64,000 bases of DNA from a virus (taxonomy: Duplodnaviria > Caudoviricetes). The first letter of the stretch is position 1. Every line of letters starts with the position of its first letter. Below, one piece after another: positions 33,439 through 43,623 of this stretch. The notes under the pieces are model-generated. The model worked only from the letters and a program-made list of their open reading frames with translations. It made no database searches and was not told the DNA's origin. The DNA lies in IMG/VR virus record IMGVR_UViG_2706796752_000001, positions 94,101 through 158,100 of that record; one strand, 5' to 3'. The position numbers and the translations under genes are program-made.

Positions 33439-35638
33439 ATGACGAAGGTAAACAAGGTTAGCAGCGTGACTGGATTAGTAACTTCTATGAAGAACAAATT
33501 GAAGGCAGCAGGATTTGAAGTAGGTAAGAATAACTCTTCTATTAAAGATGGTGAAAGTGTATTTGCTTATGGTAGTATCTACAACTGGTCAGGAGATATT
33601 ACGCTTTACACAAAAGACTACTATTTAGCAAAAGAAGTGTTGACAGATTTCGGTGCTCATGTTAAGATGAGAGTAGGTAAACCAGTTGTGGTTATCAAGT
33701 ATGAGTTAATATAGGAGGGTATGCAATGAGGTGGAAGTTTTTCGAGTCATTGGCATCTACATTCGCAATGATGAGTGGAGCAGGTCTAGCGTTTACATGT
33801 ATGGAACCTAGCACTTCTAATCTAGTAATCACAGTAACATTCATGGTACTGACAGTTATAACGCATTTAGCGAGAGGAGAGAAACCAGTTGATTAATTTT
33901 AAAGATGATATCGATAAGTTGTACGATAAGTATGCAGAGTATGGAGACTGGAGTAAGACCAGTGTTCTACTAGAATTGAAAGGCGTATTAGATTGGTGCT
34001 ACTCAGATGGAGCTACTTACAGTGAGTTCTTAGATGAGGTTAGTATTTTAAAAGACAAATATAATAACGAAGGTCACTGGAGAAAAGTGCTTGTACTAGA
34101 AGAATTGGAGGAACTGGTATGATGTATACGGATATCCCTTACGCCAATACAGTGAGGTCAGTATCAATGATGCAAAAGTACTCGAAACAAGAAAAGGTAA
34201 AAAGTGAAATTAGGAAAGAGATAGTAGATGAAATTAGTAAAGAGGCTAATGACGGTTCATTACAAGCGATGTTGATTCCTAATGAGTACCGTAGAGACAC
34301 GGCTATCTATAAATTATTCGCATGGTATGACACATATAAAAGTGTTCTAGATGATTTTATCGCTAAAGGTTATAGAGTTAGCTATCATAATGGGGTAGAG
34401 AATAAATTATGCGGAGGTATAGACTCTCCTCCTTATATATTAATAGAGTGGTTCGATACCGAAGTTAACTTAGAAAAGGGAGATGACAAGTAATGGCAGT
34501 AGACCAATTTGAAGATGGATTTGAGCAACGATGGGAAGTTATGAACTTCGATTTATTAACAACATTAGAGGACAAGCTAGACGCCTTATTATCAGGAGAT
34601 GTTCTAGTTATTCGTAACTTTGAACAGTTCACAAAGTCGGATGTACTAATTAAAATGAAGAATATTAAAGGGAAAGATGTTACAGTAATTAGCTATGATA
34701 CTATGAAATCTTCTCTCGGTGATGCATTCTGGCAAGTCTACAACATCGGTATCAACGATTTATCACTACTACCTGTTTTAGTAGTTTATGATATTAAAGA
34801 TTTGCAGGACACAAATAAGTTTAAGATAGGCGATGTCGTAGCATACGTATCAGCTGAGAATGGTAAACATGACACAGCTTTCATCACAGATATCTACCGC
34901 AGCATTGACCCTAACAAGAAAGGTCACCATCTATACGCTTTATCAAGAGAGGAAAAGTATGCATACGAACAAACTGAATTAATGGGGGCAGAGTAATGGG
35001 AGAGCGCGAAGTAACATTTACAGTTAAGCTAAACTTTAAAACTATGGATGATGGTTTAGATGAAGTCTTAGAGGAAATGATACAAGACGATGTTAACGAG
35101 ATGATGAGAGAGCTAGATTTAGAATCTGCATTGGAAGACTGGGAAGTTAAAGTTGAGAAGGTTATCCCTGTCCGAACATGTTGGAACTGTGACGGGAAAG
35201 GTGTTTGTTTAGACCGCGGAGATGATGCATTCTGGGATTGCGAGACTTGTAACGGAACGGGGGAGTTAGACAATGACTAATAGAAGTATAGAGATACCAG
35301 AACAAGTTAGACGAGTAGAAAGTGCGTATACCATGCGTAACAGGTCTGTATTGGAGATATTAAAGAAAAATGGCGTAACTGAGGCTGCTGTAGTTAACTA
35401 TATTCTAGGAAGTATCGAGGAAGCTGTCAGTAAAGGTGACTTTCGTGTAATCTTCACTAAGAACGAGGATAATCTAGTATCGAAAGTTATGTTTGAGAAC
35501 TTCCAGCATTATATGATTCTAACACGTCGATTTAGACAAGCAGGGTATACGGTAACACCTGCATACGCTAACGATGGAGAGAAACAGTATATGAGTAGGT
35601 TAACCATTTCATGGAATATTGCGATAGATAAAATTTAG
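33439..35638 (+). CDS. Hypothetical proteins 33439-33714, 33889-34122, 34119-34493, 34493-34996, 34996-35280 (DnaJ-type Zn finger), 35273-35638
   Basis: RBS-supported; CWNCDGKG...CETCNGTG in the 34996 ORF. Confidence 0.65.
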
Positions 35639-35704
35639 GGGTTGACAGTAATGGGTTTTAAGGATATAATAGAACGAGAGATAAATAAAGGGGGAGTTAA
35701 AGTT

Positions 35705-36418
35705 ATGGCAGTTATTGATATGGAGAAAGATGTTAAGAAGGAAACACTTATCCAAGGTGCAGTCACAGCATCATGGGGGTCCGAGGATGCATTAACAGTA
35801 GAGTTAGAGGAAAAGGTTATCAAGCTGTACACGAATGACGAAAAGGTAACTTCTATCCAAGCTAAGCTGGATTTATCAGCAGGTAAGATTTACCGTATAT
35901 TACGCCGTAATGGTGTCCCTAAACGTCGTGGACCGTACAATCGTGAATCAGCACAACGCATGTTAGAGCTTAACGATTACGAGAAAAAGTGTATTGCCGA
36001 CTTATACATTGTAGGTAAACCTGTACTCGATATTGCTAAGAAGTTTGGAATTAACTACCAAACAGTGTATGATATACTAGACGAGAGAGCAATCGTTCGT
36101 CGCTCAGAGAAAGGTATTGCCCCTAACGCTAAAGGTAAGAAAGCTATCGGTGACGTGGACTATGACGTAATGACATCAGGTGGGGTAACTTATGCGGGTA
36201 AACCAATCGTAGCTAAAGTGGACCCAAAAACAGCTAGGGAAGTAATTGATAAATTGAATGCTATGAAAGCTTCTGGAGAACTTAGAGCTCAGATTATTCC
36301 AGCAGAACCAGAAGTAACTGAGGTAGCAGGTAAAGTTATCTTAAAAGGAAAGGATGTATTAGTAGACATCTATGTACCTAAAGAGGATGTTAGTAATATC
36401 GTGGTGCAATACAAATGA
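35705..36418 (+). CDS. Double-HTH DNA-binding protein
   Basis: IQAKLDLSAGKIYRILRRNGV and IAKKFGINYQTVYDILDE; perfect promoter TTGACA(35642)-17-TATAAT places the start at ATG 35705. Confidence 0.75.
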   Translation: MAVIDMEKDVKKETLIQGAVTASWGSEDALTVELEEKVIKLYTNDEKVTSIQAKLDLSAGKIYRILRRNGVPKRRGPYNRESAQRMLELNDYEKKCIADLYIVGKPVLDIAKKFGINYQTVYDILDERAIVRRSEKGIAPNAKGKKAIGDVDYDVMTSGGVTYAGKPIVAKVDPKTAREVIDKLNAMKASGELRAQIIPAEPEVTEVAGKVILKGKDVLVDIYVPKEDVSNIVVQYK

Positions 36419-37469
36419 GTTATGCGGAGCTTATCTTAGAGAAAGAGTTGGAGAGATTGGCGTTTCTTATAGCTCAACGTAAGCGTTGGCTTAGTACAAA
36501 TGTAGAGGGACATCCTCACGTTAGTTCAGTTAAACAAGGCATACTGTGCGACGAGATGAATATCCAAGATTTAGAGGCAGCGTTAAATATTATGAGAGGG
36601 GCTAGATAATATGAGCGCACTATCCCACTTGCACTATGAGCTAGAAGAGATGAAATCTAAGAACAAACGAAGAAAGAGTATGCTTGAGAATCAAAAGGGT
36701 GGAGACCGAAACGCGGATTACTTATCGCGTGTGGCTAAGAATTATGCATGGACAGAAGTGGCTATCTATAAATACGAGTTGGCTATCAACTTATTAGTGG
36801 AAGTTAAAAACGGACTATTAGGAGGAAAAAATCATGAATAAGAAAACAATGTTAAAGAACATCGCAACTGGTGAGGTAGTATTTGTAGAGGTTAACCGTA
36901 ACGGAGCAGTAACGGTAACAATTGATGTGAACCATCCGACTAAGGAGCCTACAACAAATGTATATAACGAGGAGTTCACATTGGAAGATGTCGTTCATCA
37001 GTTCGTAACTTCTGGATGGGTTGATGTAACGGACAAGCACGCTGTGTTCAAACACGAAGTAACAGTTGAAGTACCTATGGATATCAAGAAAGCAATCAAG
37101 GATTACAGCTTAGCATCTAAAGAAGAATCAGCAGCTAAGACTAAGAAGGATAAAATCAAGAAACGTATCCAAGAGTTCATGGAGAAACACGGTTTAGACC
37201 ATGTAGAAGGTGTTGACGGATTCGAGGCTAAACTTACTGATACAGTTAAGACAGGCTCAACAAATACCTTCACTACTTATGATGTACGAGAAGTACAGCA
37301 CATCTTACCTTCTCACCTATTCAACAAAGTTGCAGTACTTAAAATCGATGCAACTAAGTTACGTGATTTAATGAAAGAGAAGAACATGAAGGCTGAAACA
37401 AAGGACAAGCTTGAAGAGGCTAAAATTTACCATGGCGCTAGTACTCGCTTCACAGTAAAACAAAACTAA
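36415..37469 (+). CDS. Hypothetical proteins 36415-36609, 36611-36841, 36834-37469
   Basis: Coupled ORFs ending at a terminator at 37468-37494. Confidence 0.6.
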
Positions 37470-37565
37470 GGGGCTAACGCCTCTTTTTTTTTTTGTAAAA
37501 ATATGTTGCAATTTGTTAGATACTATGATAATATTACTTTATCAGTTACCGAGGGGGAGTTACAA

Positions 37566-38441
37566 ATGATTAAACACAGAGAACTAATTTTACGAGCACA
37601 GGACGGAAACGAAGAAGCAATGGAGGTACTACTAACTAAGTACAGCGGGCTAATGTGGTCACTTATTAACAGTCATAAAATAAACCAGAACAGCCACGAT
37701 GACGCGTATCAAGAACTATCTCAGTGTTTCTTTAAAGTGGTACATGCCTTCGACGTGGAAAGAGGATTCGAGTTAGGGACGTATATGACAGCATCTATGA
37801 AAGGTGTACTAAAGAACTTTATGAGAAACACGAAAGGGTTTAAAATACCTGTCAGACTAGAACCTATTGTACTAAAGTTACGTAAAATGGAGATATCAAA
37901 TCGAACAAACTTAGAGCTAATGGTAGAGTTAGATTGCTCTCTAGAAGAATTACAAGAGGCGATGTCATGGTTATCAGCATTTAAGTCAATATCTATGGAT
38001 GAAGAAGTTAACACAGGTAAGAGTAATAATGTAGCCGATGCGAAACTAGGGGACATTATCTCATCTGGAGAGATGGCAATTGACGATAGAGTTGCACTTC
38101 GAGATTTGATTGATAGACTTCCTTCTAAAGAGAAGTACATCATCTCTAAACTCTATTTCGACAATGAGCAACAGATTGATATCGCGAAAGAAATGAGAGT
38201 TACAAAGAATACGATTAAGAATATCGAACTAGATGCGTTACGTAACCTTAGACGTATGGTAGGCGGCGATAAAGCTCGCCCATCAAATAGAGGAACAAAG
38301 CCACAGGTAGGAGATAAAAAGCTGTGTATCGAGCTCCTGCGAGCTAGAAGTGGCGGACATAAAGAGATTAGTAGATTAACAGGGGTACCAGTAGGAACTA
38401 TATCTACATGGGCTAAAAAAGTTAGAGAAGGAAAAATGTAA
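37566..38441 (+). CDS. Sigma-70-family factor, sporulation SigF/SigG/SigB-like, with an extra C-terminal HTH
   Basis: LILRAQDGNEEAME, AFDVERGFELGTY, ISMDE, region 4 LPSKEKYII...Q.DIAKEM; RBS GAGGGGGAG before ATG 37566; promoter TTGCAA(37506)-17-TAATAT. Confidence 0.88.
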   Translation: MIKHRELILRAQDGNEEAMEVLLTKYSGLMWSLINSHKINQNSHDDAYQELSQCFFKVVHAFDVERGFELGTYMTASMKGVLKNFMRNTKGFKIPVRLEPIVLKLRKMEISNRTNLELMVELDCSLEELQEAMSWLSAFKSISMDEEVNTGKSNNVADAKLGDIISSGEMAIDDRVALRDLIDRLPSKEKYIISKLYFDNEQQIDIAKEMRVTKNTIKNIELDALRNLRRMVGGDKARPSNRGTKPQVGDKKLCIELLRARSGGHKEISRLTGVPVGTISTWAKKVREGKM

Positions 38442-38508
38442 AAAAGTACTTGCAAATCACTAGAGTATATGATAGAATAAAAGTAAGTTAAAGAGAGGAG
38501 GAGTTAAC

Positions 38509-39761
38509 GTGTTACCGGACAAGGTTAAGGAAGCGATTGTAGGTATTCTCGCTATCATAGGGGGATTGACAGTTGCTAACATCATCATCCAACTAATACC
38601 TTCTATTGCAACTCTACTATTCTATGTGTTGTTGGGTGGTATCGGAGCTTATGTAGCTCTAAAGGTTAAAAAATACAATGAGAGCAAGTAGCTCACCAGA
38701 ATATTGAAGGGTGGTGGCATAATGTACATTCAAACAGAGAATACTGTTGCAGAAGTGACTGAGTTAATCTACAACGCTAAGGAGGGTAAATAATGAGTAA
38801 GTATACGAAAGAGGAGAAAGTAGCAATGCAGGATTTCATTCAAGGGAAGATTAGTAAGATTGACAGCGCACTAGCTAAGACGGAAGTGCAACTATATACA
38901 GAACAGGATATACAACGCATGCTAGGCGAGCTAGATAAAGTCGAACAAGCTGTATCGGACATGAAATGGTTCCTGCGAGCAGAGATTAAGGAGGAGAATG
39001 AATGACACCAGCACAAGCGGACAAGTTGATTTGGATTAGCGATAACGGAACTCAGGAAGAATACGAGGCGTATTGGGATGAAGTGCAAGAAGCGCACGGA
39101 CATAGTGATGATAGAATGTGCGAGTTAATCGGTCTCCGTTTCGCAGTAAATAAAGCATTCGGGGAGGATGAGTAATGGACATTAGTTTCACTATTCCGGA
39201 TTTCTGGTTAGGTGTGTTGGCAGTGGTAATTGGTGGTCCGATACTAATCTATGTAGGCGCAATATTGTTCGCAATGTTAGTGTTTAGGAAGGGGTAGCCT
39301 ATGCGACGTACTTACGGGGCTAAACGTAGGGTGATTAACAAGAAGGATGAAAAGATAGCTCTACTAGAGTATTACAACTATATGTTGAAAGAGTTATTAG
39401 AAATTGAACAGGATATTAGCATTGACGCAGGGGAAGTTTTACGTCATGTATATCACGCTAATCCAAACATCTACGTAAAGAATAAGATACAAGAGTTCAT
39501 AAAGAAACATGAGTATAACATTATCACAATTAAGCCTAAGGAGTTGATGTAATGAAAGTATTTCAAGGTATAGCCACTGCGATAGCTATTTCGTATGTTG
39601 GTTTAATGTCTGTAGCATTCTTTACAGTAGGGTCAACAGGTTCTTCCGAGGACTTACGAGTACAAGCAATATGGATGGGTGCATTCTCTCTAGTACTTGC
39701 AATCATGTTAGCAGTACCTTACATCTACAAAGCAGTTAGTGTAAATAGAAAGGACTGGTAG
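38509..39761 (+). CDS. Cluster of small hypothetical and membrane proteins (38509-38691, 38793-39005, 39301-39552, 39552-39761 and shorter ORFs)
   Basis: Promoter TTGCAA(38450)-17-TAGAAT; hydrophobic segments. Confidence 0.55.
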
Positions 39762-39762
39762 A

Positions 39763-40511
39763 ATGTTAAAGTTTATTGGTAGAGGTAGCGCGTTTAACAC
39801 ATGGGAAGGTAGTAACTCAGCTTACTTCGTTTATGGTAAAGAGCTGATTCTGATTGATTGTGGTACTGAGACATTTAAGAGATTAAATGAATCTTTCTTC
39901 TTAGAAGAGTTTACTAATATTAGAGTACTTGTCACGCATACACACGATGACCATGTAGGTTCATTAGGTAGCTTAATCATGCATAACTATTTTAATATGG
40001 GTAATCTAGGAGAGAAGAATATCTGGGTCTATTCTCCTTACGATATTAAACTAAAAGATGTGCTAGATAAAGTGGGGTGCACAACAAAGTACTACCATCC
40101 TAGAAACTTCGATAACAATATTGATATGAAGTTTGAAGATTATGAAGACATCAAAATAGTTGCAGTACCACAAAAACATGTAGAGGAGCTGTTAGCGTAT
40201 GGCTATGTCATCGAGGTTAACGACAAGACAATCTATTATAGTGGCGACACTACTCTGTTACCTTGGTTCGTTAAGAAGCCGACGATTGTCAACAAGTTTG
40301 ATTACATCTATCAAGATACGAGCTGGTTACACTACGAAGGGAACGTACACTTATCGCTAGAGAATCTAGTAAATGCAATCACGCATAGAGAACTACGCAG
40401 CAGGATTTATTGTATGCATTTAGATACAGGCTAATGCCACATCTAGACACCGTAAAGAATTTAGGTTTTAACGTAGTGGAGGTTGAAGAATGTTTCAAGT
40501 CAGGGATGTGA
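39763..40511 (+). CDS. Metallo-beta-lactamase-fold hydrolase, Apyc1 (anti-Pycsar)-like; stop at 40434, with the natural C-terminus in the -1 frame to 40511
   Basis: GRGSAF, LIDCG, THTHDDH, YYSGD, YQD, VHLSL and MHLD motifs. Confidence 0.8.
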
Positions 40512-41621
40512 AGTGTATCGCCTATGTAGATAACATAGAAGTTGGCTCATTTGTTATCGAGAGTATAGTAGGTCATGAGATGGAGCAGGTTCTAGAGAGT
40601 GCGCAGTGGGCGTATGAACAAACGTGGGGATTAACAAATGTAGATTGGGAAGAGGAGTGGTAGAATGAACACAGATATGATACCGGAAACACCAGCAGAG
40701 GTGTTAGCTTGGAACATGACACGTCACGGATACGGGGCGTCGTACGAACGAATCAAGGCATTATTAGTAGATTTTACAGATGACCAACTAGAAATACTAG
40801 CTTACCAGATGTATCGTACAGCAGAGAAAACAGGTATGGACGCATTTGATACGTACCAACCAGTGGAGGGGTAATATGTTAGATGCAGTAAAAGAGTATA
40901 ATGAACTTTACCAGAATTGGAAGGAGTTGCACGAGACATTAGATGAGGCTATCGAAATGGGTGCGGATGCAGCTTACATCATCAGTCTAGGGAGAGATAT
41001 CATAACAACAGACTACGCACTTAAAGAAGCTGGAAGTAAAATGTATAACGAAATCTATTAAGGGGGCTCGTATGACTATCGAGGAGAGACGTGAAGCAGA
41101 AAAAGAGGTCGAGAGAATCTTAGATAATATCAAAGATACTGAAGATTACATCAAAGAGTATAAAGATATGTTGTACAATGACAGGGATGAAATTGATGTA
41201 ATCGGTTGTGCTAAGTGGCTACTTCAGTTACAGGAACAACTTAAAGCACAGCAAGAGGAGTTAGAAGACTATTTATATAATATTAACTAAGGGGGAGTAA
41301 ATAATGAGCAAACCACATATAGACGCAAAGTACTTTGTAGAAGGTAAGGTAACGGAAACGAAGGAAGTATTTAATAAGAATCATTTCGCAGTAGGTTCAC
41401 CTGTCCTCATTCAGTCTTATACATCTGGTCCAGTAGCGATGAGATGGGGAGAGGAGTACGGTATAGTCAACGAGTACAACGACACAAGACTTGTTATTAC
41501 AACAGTTAGATGGGATGGCGGTCATGTAGATAATACAATCCTACTATCAGAGCTTGATGATACCTTTAATGTAATCCCTGTTAAACTATTGTTAGAGGAG
41601 TTGACGATTGCCAGTGTCTAA
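40490..41621 (+). CDS. Small hypothetical proteins (40490-40663, 40665-40874, ~40876-41061, 41072-41290, 41304-41621)
   Basis: RBS-supported ORFs. Confidence 0.6.
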
Positions 41622-41841
41622 TATATTACGAGTAAACTGTCATACTGCATTTCAAGATGAGATGGAGCTTAGTAAAGAGATTGCAGACTACGGTGTCGAA
41701 GTAATGAAAATTAAGATTACAGAGCGAGAGTATGAAGGAATGGATGAAGAGGATGCTACTTACGCTATGTTACATTTAAATAGAGAGACAGCTAAGCTCG
41801 TAGCAGAAGCGCTATTACAATTCGCATTGGAGGAGAACTAA
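41608..41841 (+). CDS. Hypothetical protein, Cys-x-Asp paralog family
   Basis: VNCHTAFQDEMEL...LHLNRETAKLVAEAL. Confidence 0.65.
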   Translation: MPVSNILRVNCHTAFQDEMELSKEIADYGVEVMKIKITEREYEGMDEEDATYAMLHLNRETAKLVAEALLQFALEEN

Positions 41842-43058
41842 TGACTAAAATGTATATCCCTGACAAGTTAAAAGTAGGTTTCCAGAGTCGTGATGATACG
41901 TACTCTGGTAAACTTAGCTACATCACTTACTATGATGAGAAGGGAGTGTTGCGTAAAGAGAACAGTTGGAAAGGTTGGATTAGGGAAGAGTTAGGTATCA
42001 TGGAGCTAGACAATAAGCCTACTGAAGGATTTGTTATTAACCGTTCTGGTGGAGGCGTACCTAAATGGAGCGAACGTAAAGCATTCATTCGTGTATGGCA
42101 CCCAGAAGGTTTCGAGTTCGAGATTGACTTGGACAACCTTATGTTTATCTTAGCTCATTGTAGCGTAACGAAAGGTAAGGGTATCGAAGGTAAGCTTATA
42201 CTAGCATGGGAAGGGCAGCAGCTGTATTTACTTCCTATAGAATCTGACGTCTATCAAACTATGTCTGCGTACTCTGCTGTAATTAAGAAGCTAGAGTTTG
42301 TGGAACCTAAGGACCTTAAGATTGGATACACGTATATCGATACAAAGAAGCAGGAAGAATGGGTCTACATTGGTAGATTCATTAAGTACAGCTCACCTAG
42401 TAACTCATCGTATGGCTGGAGAAATGATGAACAGAAACGTAAGAATGTATATGGAACTAAAGCTAAGCAATGGTTCTTTGCTAAAAAGTCTAGTTGGACG
42501 AAAAACGGGTGGACTATTGCATCTCGTTCCAACGTTAAAGATTTCTTCTGTGAGGAAGCGGATTGGGGATGTGTACAAGACTTCACTGTGTTCGAAAAGA
42601 TGATGGATAGCAGCACAGAGATTAGTGAGGTTAAGATTTGGGAACCAGAGTACTACGAGATTGACGTGGAAGAGATTATGTCCTATCTTGCTTCGTATGA
42701 AGGTTATCGTAGCGCAGACTCATTCGCGTTCCATCTAGAAGGAGATAGAGCAGCTGAGTGCCACTATCGAGTAGAACGTAGACAAAAATACCAGTATACG
42801 ATTAGACATAAAGATTCACCTCAAGAACCTGAGTATGAGTATGCAATCTGTAAGACTCGTGTTCTAGGTGGTCATGAGAGCATGGGATGTACGTACTCGT
42901 TAACAGAGAATGCACTTCGAGAGAAACTAGCAAATGAGTACAAGCCCTACATGTTACTCGTTCGTCACGCGTCAGGCAACCCGTTCAAAGTTTATGGTGG
43001 TAGTAAAGAAAGAAACAAGCAATTAGCAGAAGAAACAGGCGCTAACAGCCAATACTAA
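41841..43058 (+). CDS. Hypothetical phage protein, 405 aa
   Basis: IPDKLKVGFQ.R.DTYSGKL.YI.Y.DEKG.LRKE.SW..W N-terminal signature recognised from other large phages. Confidence 0.7.
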   Translation: MTKMYIPDKLKVGFQSRDDTYSGKLSYITYYDEKGVLRKENSWKGWIREELGIMELDNKPTEGFVINRSGGGVPKWSERKAFIRVWHPEGFEFEIDLDNLMFILAHCSVTKGKGIEGKLILAWEGQQLYLLPIESDVYQTMSAYSAVIKKLEFVEPKDLKIGYTYIDTKKQEEWVYIGRFIKYSSPSNSSYGWRNDEQKRKNVYGTKAKQWFFAKKSSWTKNGWTIASRSNVKDFFCEEADWGCVQDFTVFEKMMDSSTEISEVKIWEPEYYEIDVEEIMSYLASYEGYRSADSFAFHLEGDRAAECHYRVERRQKYQYTIRHKDSPQEPEYEYAICKTRVLGGHESMGCTYSLTENALREKLANEYKPYMLLVRHASGNPFKVYGGSKERNKQLAEETGANSQY

Positions 43059-43078
43059 ATTAAAGGGAGAGATTTATA

Positions 43079-43501
43079 ATGATTCAAACTAAACAAGATG
43101 CTAAGATTGTAGGAATGCAGACTAGTATTAAACATAAATTAAACGCTATCGAGCTAGCTTTATCTAATGTACCAGACTTTAAGACTCCATGTAGTCTTAC
43201 GTTATACGGGGAGAAGTTAAACTTCCATACACTATCAATTGACAAGCTGCGTGAGGTACAGGTACAACTTAACATGCACAATCTATCAGCGAAAGATTTA
43301 AATGTAGAATACTGGTACAAGTTTGCTGGATTCCCTATTATGGACTGGATGCAAGATATCGCCACTATCATTAACAAGCACAACCTTAAGAAGGAGCGCG
43401 AAGAACTAGAAGAAACAAATAAAGAGATTGATGCTATGTTATCTCAAGAAATGAAAGAAGACCGTAAACTATCTGAACTAGCTAACAAGTTCGGACTATA
43501 A
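43079..43501 (+). CDS. Hypothetical coiled-coil partner of the 41841 ORF
   Basis: F.T.CSL...G...N.H...W..DI...L..LLS pattern; terminator follows at 43506-43540. Confidence 0.65.
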   Translation: MIQTKQDAKIVGMQTSIKHKLNAIELALSNVPDFKTPCSLTLYGEKLNFHTLSIDKLREVQVQLNMHNLSAKDLNVEYWYKFAGFPIMDWMQDIATIINKHNLKKEREELEETNKEIDAMLSQEMKEDRKLSELANKFGL

Positions 43502-43623
43502 TGTAGTAGCTCACTAGAAATAGTGGGCTATTTTTTTTTTATAAAAGTGTTGCAATCTAGTTTTACCTATGATAAGATAAAGACAAGTTAAGAGAACAAC
43601 AAATTACTAGGGGGAATTAAATC

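Noticed and set aside
37503-37565. Upstream start extensions in the ORF track (37503, 35642, 59613, 19239)
   Set aside because: They overlap promoter elements or the upstream gene; RBS-supported starts are 37566, 35705, 59697 and 19272.
42298-42603. Alternate-frame + strand ORFs inside genes (42298-42603, 48804-49010)
   Set aside because: They are nested in or overlap longer genes, with no RBS or recognisable motifs.
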